The notes under the pieces: model-generated
Databases searched by the model: none
What the model was told of the DNA's origin: nothing
Seen by the model: only the letters and a program-made list of their open reading frames with translations
Program-made: the position numbers and the translations under genes
Assembly (NCBI RefSeq): GCF_963921235.1
Contig: NC_086097.1
Location: 174,470,001-174,534,000 of the forward strand
Length of the DNA: 64,000 nt
From: Mobula hypostoma
Lineage: Eukaryota
Direction: 5' to 3'
Part shown: positions 38,691 to 51,701 of the stretch, in pieces
Position numbering within the stretch: position 1 is the first letter of the stretch
Layout: each line of letters starts with the position of its first letter

Positions 38691-40300
38691 TTTATAGTTT
38701 GTCATTGGCTTGGGTTGGGTTTGTTTCGGCTAAATTCAGTACTTTATCAGTACTTTGTTAGAGTGATTTGCTTTGTACAATATATCTGTGTACGTCTGCT
38801 GTCCTGATTAATATTAGGAGTTTTATCCTCAAACAGATTAAGAATGCTATGTTTATGACTTTAATTGAATCGGTATGGAAAAGTTTATAGGGTTCGAATT
38901 AACCAGGTTTTAATTTTATACCACTGCAGACTTTTAGTGCAGACACTCAATTTGTGTATTTTTTCTGGTGAAATTATTCATATTTACATAATTTTAAAAA
39001 TTATTGCCTTTTTGTCGAAGTTCCAATGTTTCTTCTGCTGGGCGATCTTTAGAATTTATATATATATTACACTTTATGAGGGGGGAGAAATGAAATGAAT
39101 GACCTATTAATTTAAGCAGTAAAGTCCTGTTTTCCCATCCAGAAGATTTTGAATCACATCCTTGACTGGTATGTGCAAGTCTTGCCAGTTTTTAACTTTG
39201 CTGTTGAATAAAACACTGCAGGGCAGTTTACTGCTCCATTGGGGTAAAGCTTGCCAAGAATGTCTCATGTGATTTCGAGCAGTTAATGTCATATTGAATC
39301 TACCTTACTGAGCTTTTCTCTACAGGTAAAATATAGCTGTGCTCTCCATATTGTATACATATACATCAGAAAGGTTCCTGATTCTAGATTGAAGAATAGG
39401 TATTGGTAAACCTGACTTTTGCAACACTGTGAATGTTGTGTTCAGTTCTTCCTACCACAGGAGATATCTATACAAAAAATAAATAAATGTCCAGCTGGGA
39501 GTATCACTGTATTGAAGATTATTTTTTCACTGTTTAATTTCCTATAGGTACTTCTGGTGGGTGAATTACCTCATCAGGAAGGAACATAATTGGAAAATTA
39601 CCAACTGATGTCTTTCAGTCCCACTCATATCAACTTGTACTATTAACTGCTGGTTTTGGTGTCACACTTGTGCTTTTATGACATCATCAAGTAACAGCTT
39701 TAGTGATGGCAGTTGCGAATAGCAGATTCTGAATAGCTGGGAAATCCAGCAAAAAAAAACTTTTGAAGATGTAGTGGTGTAATTGGAAGCTGGTATTAAT
39801 TTTCCAACCTTCTTACTTTGACATTTAGTATCATGGAATGTTTGAGTAATGCTTTTGAGCTTAAATGAACTTATAAAGATTGTATGTAAAGTTGAATAGC
39901 ATAGTGATTTGGACCAAGAAGCAAGATGTGCAAATGTCACCGTAGTTTCACTGGTAATTTATTGACAAGAGGGTTGATTGCAAATCCCAAAAGGAACTCG
40001 ACAATACTTGGGGATTTACTAATGATGCTTTTACACTATATTAACTGAAAAATTGAACTGAATTGGTGTTCCAATTTGAGTACTAGGGTCTTTTGAGATA
40101 CAGAACAATTAGTGGCTGACTGCATAACTTTTTGCATCATGATTGCAGCAGCAGGGCATCATTACAGATGACAAAAGAACTTTTGAATCCTATAATTGAA
40201 ACACTGAGAGAATGTCACCTTCAATTAGAAATGACCTTAACTGACCGCTCCTCCTTATCAATATCAGCACTATCCCATTTTCTAAAATGCCGTGAAGGAA

Positions 40301-41115
40301 CATACCATAGACCATAAGACATAGGAGCAGAATTAGGGCACTCGGCCCATCGTGTCTGCTCCACCACTCCATCATGGCCGATTTATTATCCCTCTCAACC
40401 CCGTTCTCTTGCCTTCTCCCTATAACCTTTGACACCCTGACCAACTAAGAACCTATCAAGCTCTGCTTTAAATATACTCAATGACTTGGCCTCCACAGCT
40501 ATCTGTGGGAATGATTCACCACCCTCTGGCTAAAAAAATTTCTTTGCCTCTCTGTTCTAAATGGACGTCCCTCTATTCTGACACTGTGTCCTCTGGTTCC
40601 CGATCGTAGGAAACATCCTCTCCCCATCCACTCTGTCTAGGCCTTTCAGTATTTGAGAGGTTTCAATGAGATCTTCCCTAATTCAGAACTGCAGAGAGTA
40701 CAGGCCCAGAGCCATCAAATGCCCCATATATGTTAACCTTTTCATTCCTGAAATCATTTTTGTGAACCTCTCTGGACCCTCTCCAGTACCAGCACGTTTT
40801 CTTAGATAAAGCAACCCAAAACCCCTCATAATACTCCGTGTGGTCTGACTGTTGCCTTATGAAGCCACAGCATCATATCCTTGCTCTTATATTCTAGTCC
40901 TCTCGAAATGAGTCCTGACATTGTATTTGCCTTCCTTACCACAGAGTCAACTTGCAAGTAAGCCTTTAGAGAATCCTGCAGAAGGCCTCCCAAATACCCT
41001 TGCACCTTTGATTGTTGAATTTTCTCCCCATTTAGAAAATATTCTACACATTTAATTCAAAATGCATGTCCATAACCATATTGCACGACCACACACTTCC
41101 TTACACTATATTCTA
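40301..41115 (-). mobile_element. CR1 3' fragment
   Basis: CCATAGACCATAAGACATAGGAGCAGAATTAGG tail; collinear with the other minus-strand copies. Confidence 0.85.
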
Positions 41116-41570
41116 TCAACACACATCAAAGTGGCTGCTGAACGCAGCAGGCCAGGCAGCATCTCTAGGAAGAGGTACAGTCGACGTTTCAGGCCGAGAC
41201 CCTTCATCAGGACTAACTGAAGGAAGAGCTAGTAAGAGATTTGAAAGTGGGAGGGGGGAGGGGGAGATCCAAAACGATAGGAGAAGACAGGAGGGGGAGG
41301 GATGGAGCCAAGAGCTGGACAGGTGATTGGCAAAAGGGATATGAGAGGATCATGGGACAGGAGGCCTGGGGAGAAGGAAAAGGGGGAGGGGGGGAAAACC
41401 CAGAGGATGGGCAAGGGGTATAGTCAGACGGACAGAGGGACAAAAAGGAGCGTGAGAGAAAGAATGTGTGTATATAAATAACAGAAGCCTCCGACCTGAT
41501 GGCATGAACATTGACTTCTCTAACTTCCACTAATACCCCACCATCCTCCTCGTACCCCATCTGTTATTTA
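41116..41570 (-). mobile_element. Penelope-like element fragment
   Basis: Near-identical to 5437-5880, followed by an inverted piece encoding PDGMNIDFSNF. Confidence 0.85.
41178..41215 (-). ncRNA. Minimal type I hammerhead ribozyme motif (Penelope-associated)
   Basis: Minus strand reads UAGUC-CUGAUGA-AGG(GUCUCGG)CCU-GAAA-C-GUC^GACUG. Core boxes are intact, stem I is UAGUC/GACUG, stem II is AGG/CCU and stem III is vestigial. Predicted cut between 41183 and 41182. Confidence 0.75.
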
Positions 41571-41674
41571 TATTGGTTTGATATAGGAAAGGTATAGAAG
41601 AGTTAATCTGAATGGAAAAGAATTAGCAGTTTGTTTGCGTAATTAAGTTGCTTTTGAATTTTTCCTCCTTCTCT

Positions 41675-41690
41675 GCTGCCCTCTAGTGCT
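41675..41690 (-). promoter_or_regulatory. Candidate CTCF site
   Basis: Minus strand AGCACTAGAGGGCAGC is close to the CTCF core CCAC[CT]AG[AG][GT]GGC; it lies in apparently unique DNA. Confidence 0.55.
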
Positions 41691-42614
41691 TATCAAAATT
41701 AATGGCCATGGAAATGAAAGGATCTCTATTGGGAATTACGCTTACATGAAAACTAGGCAATGATTAATTACCTTTACATTATTCATTATTGTTTCTAAAT
41801 CCTTGAACAAAGCTTTGGATCAGATTTGAAAATTGGTATGAGCAGTAACTAAGTAACTACTTTGGGGAACAAATCCCTCCTGAAATATTTCTAACACAAC
41901 TACTGCCAGCTTGTAATGTTTTATTGGTTCGCCACATATAGAACGTTCTGTGTTGAGGCATTTATTATTTGTGTGAAACTTCTGAATTTTGTGATATATG
42001 AAGCTGAAGTTCTGTTGTAAGGGTGCATACAGAAGTGGTAGATCATCAACTAAAAAGTATTAAGAGATTATTAAAAATGAATCTATTATTTAACGTATGA
42101 GCTTAAAGCAATTGAAGTGTTTGTGGGTTCATATTTAAATCTTATTTTCTGAAAAGTCTTCAAATGAATATTTGTAATTTACTTTTGGATGCCCCCAAAT
42201 GTTGTGTGTAGAGCACATGACTTCACTTCCTGAGAAGTATGAGGTATAAAAGTACAGCCATGATATTCATTCTATTTTTATGCTTAATTAGGGTGAATCT
42301 CATGAATTATGTGCAAAGTTCCCAGATGGAACGTTTTACAGACGAATAACATTGATGTCTATTGCTTTGCTTGATTTGGATCTGATAACTAATCTTGAGA
42401 AAATATTGAACTTCAGAACTTGCTGTGTCCTATTATTCAAGAGAGAGTCAGGAAACATTATAGTAATCATGTTTTCAGAAGAAAATAATGAGGAAAATGT
42501 TCAATTAACCATTAACATATGGTTAATATGTTATACTGGGAAATGTGATTGAAACATGAAAGCATCAGTTCATCTCTTCAACCTACCTTTATTTCCCCTA
42601 CAGATCTAAATTTA

Positions 42615-42717
42615 TAGCAATACACACAAAATGCTTAAGGAACTCAGCAAGCCAGGTTTGCATCTATAGAAAAGAATAAACAGTTGATGTTTTGGGCTGA
42701 GACCCTTCATCAGGACC
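42615..42717 (-). mobile_element. Penelope-like terminal-repeat fragment
   Basis: ACACACAAAATGCTTAAGGAACTCAGC...GAGACCCTTCATCAGGAC. Confidence 0.75.
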
Positions 42718-43684
42718 TGTTTATTGTCTGTTTCAGTTTATCAGTTTTTAACAAAAGTTCAGCAAATGTATACTTGTGTATGGAATTCTTTCAAATTAAT
42801 TTGAGTTCATTCTTTTTACTATTGCTCTGTCATACTTCACTACTTTGAGCAGGTCAACCTTGAATTTGCCTGTACCTTATTCAAATGTTTGGGTTCCCCA
42901 AATATGTTGCATTGCCTTAAACTGCATTTGAAATGTAACTTTTCTTTTGTCAAAAAATATATTGCAGTTAAGTAGGCTTGGGTTAAGATTCACATTTAAT
43001 AAGCACCAGGTAGTCCTGGAATCTCCCAACAATGTTTAATATAATCTGAATTAATGTGAATGTTTTACCTTATATATGAAAATGTGTATCTACTATAGTG
43101 ATTTCTACAAGATAGATTACACAGGCAGGAGGCCGAGGGATTACCAAGTGGTTATCAAAACAGCTCTAATAAACAGTACAGGAACCAACATAAAAATAAC
43201 TGCATCAAAAGAAGAGGCTTTGCAAAGGACCATTGCATAATTCTGAAAATGACTCAATAACATCCCAGTTGTTGAATCTCTGCCCTGAACGTCCCTGAAC
43301 ATCAGCTCTGGAGGATGTTAATTAGTAATGAGTCTGCATGCTTGCATAATAAGCCTTTTTTTTCTAAATACTAACTGGAGAAGAAACAAATTGATTTCAA
43401 AGTTCAAAGTACATATATGTCACCATATACAAGCTCGAGATTCATTTTCTTTTGGGATACACAGTAAAATCCAAGAAACAGAATTGAATCAATGACATAC
43501 TGCACCCAACAGGACAGACAAACAACCAATGTGATTTCTCCTTGTTGAAGTAATTGTGACAGAACCTGCTTATGTAAAATCAAATCGAAATGTAAATTGT
43601 CCTGTGTTCAAATGGCAACTGTAGAAAACAGAGGTAGCATTTCACTTTATTGAACATTTGTCATCATTGAAAATCTTAATGATG

Positions 43685-43715
43685 GGCCGGCTGGTGGCGC
43701 AACGACAAAAAAAAA
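43685..43715 (+). mobile_element. Mini retroinsertion (22 nt + A9) with a 16-bp TSD
   Basis: GAAAATCTTAATGATG (43669-43684) | GGCCGGCTGGTGGCGCAACGAC A9 | GAAAATGTTAATGATG (43716-43731). Confidence 0.75.
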
Positions 43716-43917
43716 GAAAATGTTAATGATGTAATGAGCTTCAGAAAAGTACAGAGGTAGGGAATAGGGGAATGTTGATTGGTGGCTGGAGGAAAACAAG
43801 AGGAACTCTGCTAATGTAAAGGCAGTAGGAGGATGTTGTTGCTGCTCAGCAAATTGAGGTGATAACTGGATAGAAAAACACAAGACTGATACGGAGGCAA
43901 AACCAGAAAATACTGGA

Positions 43918-44262
43918 GCAACTCACACAAAATGCTGGTGGAATGCAGCAGGCCTGGCAGCATCTATAGGGAGAGGTACAGGCAACGTTTCGGGCCGAGA
44001 CCCTTCACCAGGACTAACTGAAAGAAGAGATAGTAAGAGAAGATCGAGAAAGTTGATTGGCAAAAGGGATACAAGGCTGGAGAAGGGGGAGGATCATGGG
44101 ACGGGAGGCCTCGGGAGAAAGTAAGGGAGAGGGGAGCCCAGAGGAAGATGGAGAGCAGGCAAGGAGTTATAGTGAGAGGGACAGAGGGAGAAGAAAGAGA
44201 GAGAGAAAAAGGGGGGGGAATAAATAAATAAGGAATGGGGTAAGAAGTGGAGAAGGGGCATA
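43918..44262 (-). mobile_element. Penelope-like element fragment
   Basis: Same terminal motif and purine-rich body as 5437-5830. Confidence 0.8.
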
Positions 44263-46046
44263 AATACTGGATTTACTTAGCAGGTCAGGGAGCTTCTGTG
44301 AGGATCAGAATTACTATCTCGGTCATTCCTCGCCAGACAATAAGTTCTCCCTTATTTCCATTTCCTCCATTTTGCATACAATTTTAGGACTCTCTTCCGT
44401 ACTGTAAAAACCTTTCAGAATCCCATCCCATCCCACCTCCACAGCCTTAAACAACCAAAGGTGTCTTCTCACTCTGTTCAGTGATTTGTCAATTTCTTTC
44501 TGAAACATTTACATATGACTTTCCATCTGTGACTATGACTGGTTTTTCAAGCTCTTTGCTTCATCCTGTCTTTAATCACTTTTCATAATATTAAAATTTA
44601 AGACATTCAAAACATTTTCAAACAAACTAAGTACTTTAGAATTAGAATCACTCTTGCATTTTATGTAGTTTGACTTAATATCTTATTCTCAAGGTCACCC
44701 CTGCTATGCCATACACCCCTTCATATTAAACAGGAAAGCCTTTTCAGAATTTTATCCAAATTTTTTTGTGAACTGTGTACCCATAGCAGTCACCTTCAGA
44801 TCTAAGAATGCTACCAGCTGAGCGGTGCTTGAGTCTTAAAGGCATAAGATACAGTACATAGAGCATAATGTCAAAAGCTACGAGGCATACTCAGCAGGTC
44901 AGGCAGCATATGTGGTAAGAGAAACAGCATTAATATTTCAGGGCAATGACTTTTCATATCTAAAATTGATGACCAACATCCTTAGTGTAATTGGAAATTG
45001 ATTTATTATTATCACGTGCACAGAAATGCAGTGAAAATGTTTTGTTTACTAACCTTCCGGACAGATCATCAAGGTAATACAAGAGGCAAGAAACAGAATG
45101 CAGAATATGATTCAGATGCAGGAAAAGTGCAGTGTAGGTAGACATATAAATCACAGGGGCTATGACAAGGTAGACTGTGAAATTAGAAGTTCATATTTAG
45201 CATATAAGAAGTCCAATCAAGACAGTTATGACAGTGGGATAGAAGCCCTCCTTGGTGCTACATTCTGGGGAGAAAGGAAAATGACTGAGGTGGGAGAGGT
45301 CCTTGAATATATTCAAACTAGAATAATAGAAAATCGTAATCATCCTAGAAAATAATGCTGTGCTTATCTACCGATATGTGAATGTATAATGAATGTTCCA
45401 TTTGAGGTGAACCACCTGCAAACATGTTTGTTACATAAGTGATCCAAGTGACTGAAATTCTGAGATGAATCATAAAACCAAGGATAAAGAACTCAGTGGT
45501 TCAAGTCTCTGTGGATTGTTTGTCAGAACTGTACTCTTTCTAATAGATTCTGATTGTGTTTTGCATATGCCCCTTATTAGGAAACTCGATGGCAATTGCA
45601 TAATATTCTGGTAACACAGAAAAACATCTGTCTGTTATTTATGTGGGGTCTGAATATGAGATATTTACCTCAGTGTTGCTACTAGTTATGGGAAGAAATG
45701 AACTGATAGCAATTCAGAGGGTCATTTTGTAATATCCCCTTATTTTCTTTTACATGGGAAAGAAACAGGCTGCCGATCTGCTGTCAGCTTGTTTAGCTTG
45801 CTTGACCTGAATTATTCTCCTTCACGAAAACTTGGCTGAGTCACGATTGTAATTTCCATTGGTGCATGGCAGACTAATTGACCAGTGGGTCAAAATAGCA
45901 GTTGAGGATCAGTAGGGACTTAAGCACCACCAATTAGAGCATCACGGTGGTTTAGCAGATGTTTGAGTTATTTTCATTTCTGATTTGCGGAGACAGCTCA
46001 GTTGGCTATTCTAAGTGACAAGGTTGACATGTCTTTGAGTTTAAGA

Positions 46047-46047
46047 G

Positions 46048-46078
<31 letters not shown>

Positions 46079-46091
46079 TTGTGTGTGTGTG
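46047..46091. repeat. Imperfect (GT)n microsatellite
   Basis: Read directly from the sequence. Confidence 0.95.
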
Positions 46092-47112
46092 AGTGGCTCT
46101 GCTTTGTTCTAAAGCTGTGTCTTATTTAAAGAGATAGCTTTCAATTCAGTTTAAGTTCAGATATTAAACCTGGAGCTTTTTTTTCCCAAAAGAAATTTCC
46201 AAGATTCTAGACACATGTATATAATCAACTTGAAGGGAAACTACAAAAAATAGTTCTGTTCAGAACTTGTTTTGACGAAAAGGATACATAGAGAATAATA
46301 TTTCTGCTGTACTGCATTTTAATTAAAATGTACACATGAATTTTTTGATACTTTTGTTACTTTTTTTCTAAATGAAAGAAATTGATCATAAAGGGGCCAC
46401 ATTATTCTGAAATGTTGCAAGATAAATGCAAGTTTTCTGTAGCTATTTTGCCTTTGGCTTTGCTAATTATTAATAACTGTGTAGAATTTTAGGAGTGAGC
46501 AGGTGACTGAAAATCTGCGGCCCTCATGGCAGAAGCAGATCTCTGGCAGAGGTATACTTGAAAGATTGCAAGTTGGACCAGGCCCAGTACTTATTGACAG
46601 ATGTGACCTCAAGCCATTAAAGTAAAATGCAAGTTTTAAAAATTCTAAGTTACAACGAAGAAATAGAAAAATTATTTTATAGTTTTAGATCACTCTCTTA
46701 GAATGGACACATTTATGTTCTTTATAATAGGACTTCTCATTGTTAATATTAAAATATAGCTATCAATAGTGAGCAAAGCAAAATAGTGATGCAAAGCTTC
46801 ATATATACTGTTTATTACGTAACATTTCTGAGTAATGAGCTGCTCAGGGCTTTTTACATTTTGGTAACAGGTAAGGACTGACAGAGTCAGCCATTCCTTT
46901 GAAGGATCTCCCACTAATCCCAGAAAAGTCAGGAAGTAATTTTAGTAATTTGGAGAGCTTCTGTCCCAGTGCTATCAGGCTCTTGCACGAACCTCTTGTA
47001 TGCTAATGATAAATTCTTGATCTCCCAACCTACTTTGTCATGGCCCTTGCACTTTATCCTTTTTTTTTTACCTGTACTGCACTTTCTCAGTAACTGCTAC
47101 TCTATATTCTGT

Positions 47113-47425
47113 GCAACTCACATAAAATGCTGGAGGAACTCAGCAAGTCAGGCAGCATCTATGGAAAGGAATAAACAGTCAAAGTTTCAGGCCAAGACCT
47201 TGCATTAGGACTGGAAAGGAAGAGATAGAAGCCTGAATAAGAATGTGGGGGGAGGGGAAGGAGTACAAGCAAGAAGTTCCAGTGGAGGGGGGGGGTCCGA
47301 GAGAAAGCAGTACAAGCTGGCAGGTGATAGGTAAGACCAGGTTGGGGGGGGGGCGTGGGAAGGGGGATGAAGTAAGAAGCTAGGAAGGGATAGGTGGGAG
47401 ATGTAAAGGGCTGAAAAGGAATCTA
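47113..47425 (-). mobile_element. Penelope-like fragment inserted in a LINE 3' UTR
   Basis: AAAATGCTGGAGGAACTCAGC motif; the flanks (~46960-47110, 47430-47540) resemble the LINE tail at 59480-59700. Confidence 0.7.
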
Positions 47426-47644
47426 ATGGTATACTCTGTTTTCTTTTTACTACCTCAGTATACTTATGTATAGCATGATCTGCCAGATGGCCTGCATACA
47501 TATGCTAGTCTGGGTACATGTGACAATAATCAACCAATAATATTACATGCACCTCGCTGACATCACAACTGATCTTGAGTTCAAAATGGTGATCTGTAAG
47601 TAAATTTACCAATTATATCACAACTGGAGATTACTTCAAGGGTT

Positions 47645-47915
47645 TAACCATATAACCATACAACAATTACAGCATGGAAACAACCATCTTGGCCCTTCTA
47701 CTCCGTGCCGAACTTCTACTCTCACCTAGTCCCACCGACCTGCACTCAGTCCGTAACCCTCCATTCCCTTCCTGTCCATATAGCTGTCCAATTTAACTTT
47801 AAACGACAACTTCGGACCTGCCTCAACCGCTTCTGCTGGAAGCTCGTTCCACACAGCTAACACTCTCTGAGTAAAAAAGTTCCCCCTCATGTTACTGCTA
47901 AACTTTTGCCCTTTA
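47645..47915 (-). mobile_element. CR1 3' fragment
   Basis: RGNFFTQRVLAVWNELP...MEGYG. Confidence 0.85.
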
Positions 47916-48789
47916 ATGTTGAATAATCTAGTCGATAATCCATTTGTCATTAGATATCAGGTTAAGTGACTTTAAATTTGAATAGATCTATGATGGAATT
48001 AAAGTCAGATATCTGGAGTATTATCTTTTGAATTACTATTCCATTAACTGCTATATCATTATTTACTTGATCAAAATGCCTTTCCTACTGCTTCATCATC
48101 TACAATCCAGAAACTCCAGAAATTTGTCTGTAATGATGAAAGAGCAATAGCTTATTTTCAAGACAGAGTAATGTGTGACATGGGAGAGGCTGTCAGTGAA
48201 GCCTGAGTTAGTTGCTGTTTTTCATTTGTAAATAGTTTATCTTGTAGCCATGATACATTGACAGTAGAGGGAGTTATCCTGGTTGGTTTGGAGCTACATT
48301 TGGCTAGGCAAGTGGATGGTATATCATTCCATTGCTGGCTTATGTGGTTCATCTATTTCAACTCACAGACATGACAGGACGTGACAGAAATGGACTGTTC
48401 TGCCACTTTATCCCCATTGGTTTTTTTGTCCATATACAATAATCCCATCTGCCCACATGAGGACCACGTCCTTCCATACCTGACCTATTTAAGTGTCTGT
48501 CTATATTCTTAAACATTGTAATTGCATTTTATTTCACCACCACCTTTGGAAGTGTTTTCCAGATATCAAGCATTCTGTGTGAAAATAAAAACTTGCCCCT
48601 AATATCATCTTTAAATCTCCCACCTCTCACTTTAAATTTGTGTCCTCTTGTTTTTGATACCTAGTCATTTCTTTGCTGGTTATAAATAAACCCCTCAGAA
48701 TATTGAAGGTGGGGAATTCAGCTATCAAAAGGCATAGAATAGGGAGGTGATTTGACTTTTTCTTGTTGGAGATGGTCATTACCAGGCAA

Positions 48790-49390
48790 ATTGAGTTTAT
48801 TATCACATGCATAAATGTGTAGAGTTGCAGTACATTGAAAAACTTGCTTGCAGTTGCATCATAGGCATGTAGATACAGACAAAACACAGAATATTAATTA
48901 TACATACTTATACTATATAGTGAAAAAAGATAAAGAAAAACAAAAACAGTGCAAAAAATAAACAAACACACAGTCAGAGTCAAGTCAATGGTAGTACAAG
49001 AGGTGGTCCAGGTAAGTTCAGTAACTTGTCGATTGTAGGAAGTTAACTGTTCCTAAATCCAGTGGTGTGGGACTTAAGGCTTTTGTGCCTCTGTTGCCTG
49101 ACGATGGCAGTGAAAAGAGTGCGTGGCTCAGTTGGTGGGGATCTTTGATGATAGGTGCCACCTTCCTGAGACAGCGCTTCCTGTAGATACTCTCAGTGAT
49201 GGGGAGGATTGTGCGCCTGATGGACTGAACTGCGTCCAAACTTTCTGCAGTCTCTTGCATTCCTGTGCATTGGAATTGCCATACCAGACTGTGATGCAAC
49301 CAGTCAGGATAGTTTCAACAGTGCTTCTGAAGAAGTTTGTTTGTGTATTTGGTGACATGACAAACTTTCCTAAGCTTCTAAGAAAGCCTG
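48790..49390 (-). mobile_element. Rex/L2-like LINE 3' fragment
   Basis: ETILTGCITVWYG, IIKDPH and LFSLPSSG motifs. Confidence 0.8.
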
Positions 49391-51005
49391 GTTTATGTGA
49401 CATAAGTTTCACTTGTCATTCATCAGTCCATGCCTGATTATTGTTTAGGTTTGTCTTGCACAGATATCATTAAAGAAGTTCAGAAGAAAGCATTGTGCAG
49501 TCATGAGCCAAGATTCCCATCTCTGAAGCTGCCAGAGACATTTAGGCCCAGGGCACCAACCTGAGGAACTTAAACTGACAATTGGATGCACATTGGAAAT
49601 GGGGACAGGAACGGCCAGTAGCATGTCCCTCTCCTGTCAATAATCATAACTATGTTAAAGTCATACTGCCTGTTATGTGCATGTGCATATGGTCTGTGTC
49701 ATTTTAACATAGCCTTTCAAATATGGTGATTTTTAAATTTCTTCATATGCCCTGCATGTAGCAGAATCCTTGACCTGAGGTGATTGGCCTCCAGCCATTG
49801 CAATCATCTAGATATGACTTAAGCCTGCAAAGTGATTCCCTTGATTCCCACTGATATGAGTTTAATCAGAAATACTTGGCCTAATACAGCTCCTTTGTTG
49901 TATGACTACACAGAAGTTTTAAATCATAACTTGCAGAAAAATGCAAATATAATTTTAGCACAAGTTTGTCTCCTTATAATAATCTGCTGTGGTACATTCT
50001 CTTCACCTTCAGTAAATAGTCTATCAAATGAAAGCTAAGCCTTAAAATAACAAATAATTAACTGATGTCAATTTTTTTCCCTCATGTGGTCAACACCTGT
50101 TTCCAAGAAAATAGGGTTTGTAACTTGCGTGTTTAATTATCATTGTTAGCTTTTGGATTTGTTTATTGTCTGTATTTCTTGTCAAACAAAGCGTAACAAC
50201 TTCACTTGACTTAGCCTTGATCCTGAAATGTTTTGTAACTTAAATGTGAATTTCAAACCTGTTTAAAATCCACTACAGAGAGTGTGTCAGGAAATAATTG
50301 CTAAAAAGGCTGAAAGTTATTGATGAATTTGAAAACTGAGTAAGTTCAGCCAAATCCTTGCCTAGAGATCATAAATACTTCAAAGTGAGACATCATCACA
50401 GAAATGAAACTATTTAGAATTGGTTACTTCAATAGAGTCATGCAATCTTTGTCGATCTTTCTAAAGGAGAGGTGAGATACGACACAAGCATTTGGAAAAG
50501 CATGTTTAGTAGGTGCCATTTACTGAATCATGCAGTTGATATATTGTAGATTAATTAGAATGTGGTTGTTTCCGACAACTTCCAAATATTTTTGGGATTT
50601 GAATGAAAGATCTAATTTGAAGATTTCTGTCCCAGCCCAAACATTCTATGAAATGTTTTTGTGGGTGGTATTTCTGAGTTTGAATGGCTGATTATTGGAA
50701 ATGTGCAATTAAGTAACTATACTATTGTACAAAGAGTAAGTATTTTTGTGTAATATTGTACAAAAAGTAGGTAAATAATGAACTGAAAAACAAATTGTAC
50801 AAATTATAACAGCTCACAGAATATCTACAATGACTTTTTAACCCTCACCGAAAAATTAATATTGACAAGTTTCAGGTATGGAAGAGCATAAAATAAGACC
50901 ATAAGATTATAGGGATAGAATTAGGCCATTCAGCCCATCATCTTCTCCAATATTCAATCATGGCTGTTTTCTCAACCCTATTCTCTCACCTTTTTTCTTA
51001 ATTCC

Positions 51006-51701
51006 TGTAGCCCCCCCGGCCAGCCTCAGGGTCGCTCGGCTCGCTGTCATCTAGGGAAACAGCCCTCGGCCCCGCCAAACCGGGTAATCAGTTTGTGTGG
51101 ATGCTGTGTGATGTACCCCACCCTGCCCAAATAACAGATAATACACCAGATACGATTAAATGATTTACAGTTTATAGATATTACTGGAACTATATAATTA
51201 ATAGAGAATAAAATATAAAAGGAAAATAAAAGGCGCCACACTTACCAAAGTTCAATCTCTTCATGCACAAACAGTTGGAGCTCAGGACCCTTCTTCTTTA
51301 CCCTGCGACCCCTCGGACCACCTTGACCGGCCGCCTGGGACCAACAACGGTGGTCGACCAGACGCTCCACACAAGTCCGTCTCCGTCTCCTCGCCGAACG
51401 CCCCGCTCGGGGTCCGACCCCATTAGCAGACTCACAGCACCTGGTCCATCCTCTGTTTCGCTCTCCCACCTTCTCCCGCCAAACCCTGCGCATACAATAT
51501 CTTACAGACACACCAGAAGCATAACAACTATCCCAATTGGTTCGTAACATCTTCATATCAGTAGCACGATCCAAACAAACTGCTAGCGGGAGGACTTTCT
51601 CAGCAGTTAACATAACAAAGAAGCCCTTTCAATTATAACATAACAAAGAAGCCATTTTACTTAGACTATGTGGTGACATAAAAAAAAGAAATCCCCTTAC
51701 A
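51006..51701. mobile_element. Solo LTR (696 bp) with a 4-bp TSD
   Basis: TTCC|TGTAGCCCC ... CCCCTTACA|TTCC; TG...CA ends; orientation probably minus. Confidence 0.85.

Noticed and set aside
46690..46914. Minus-strand ORF containing VKSPEQ, like the preceding STK3/STK4 exon
   Set aside because: Wrong strand, wrong order, and no similarity beyond six residues.
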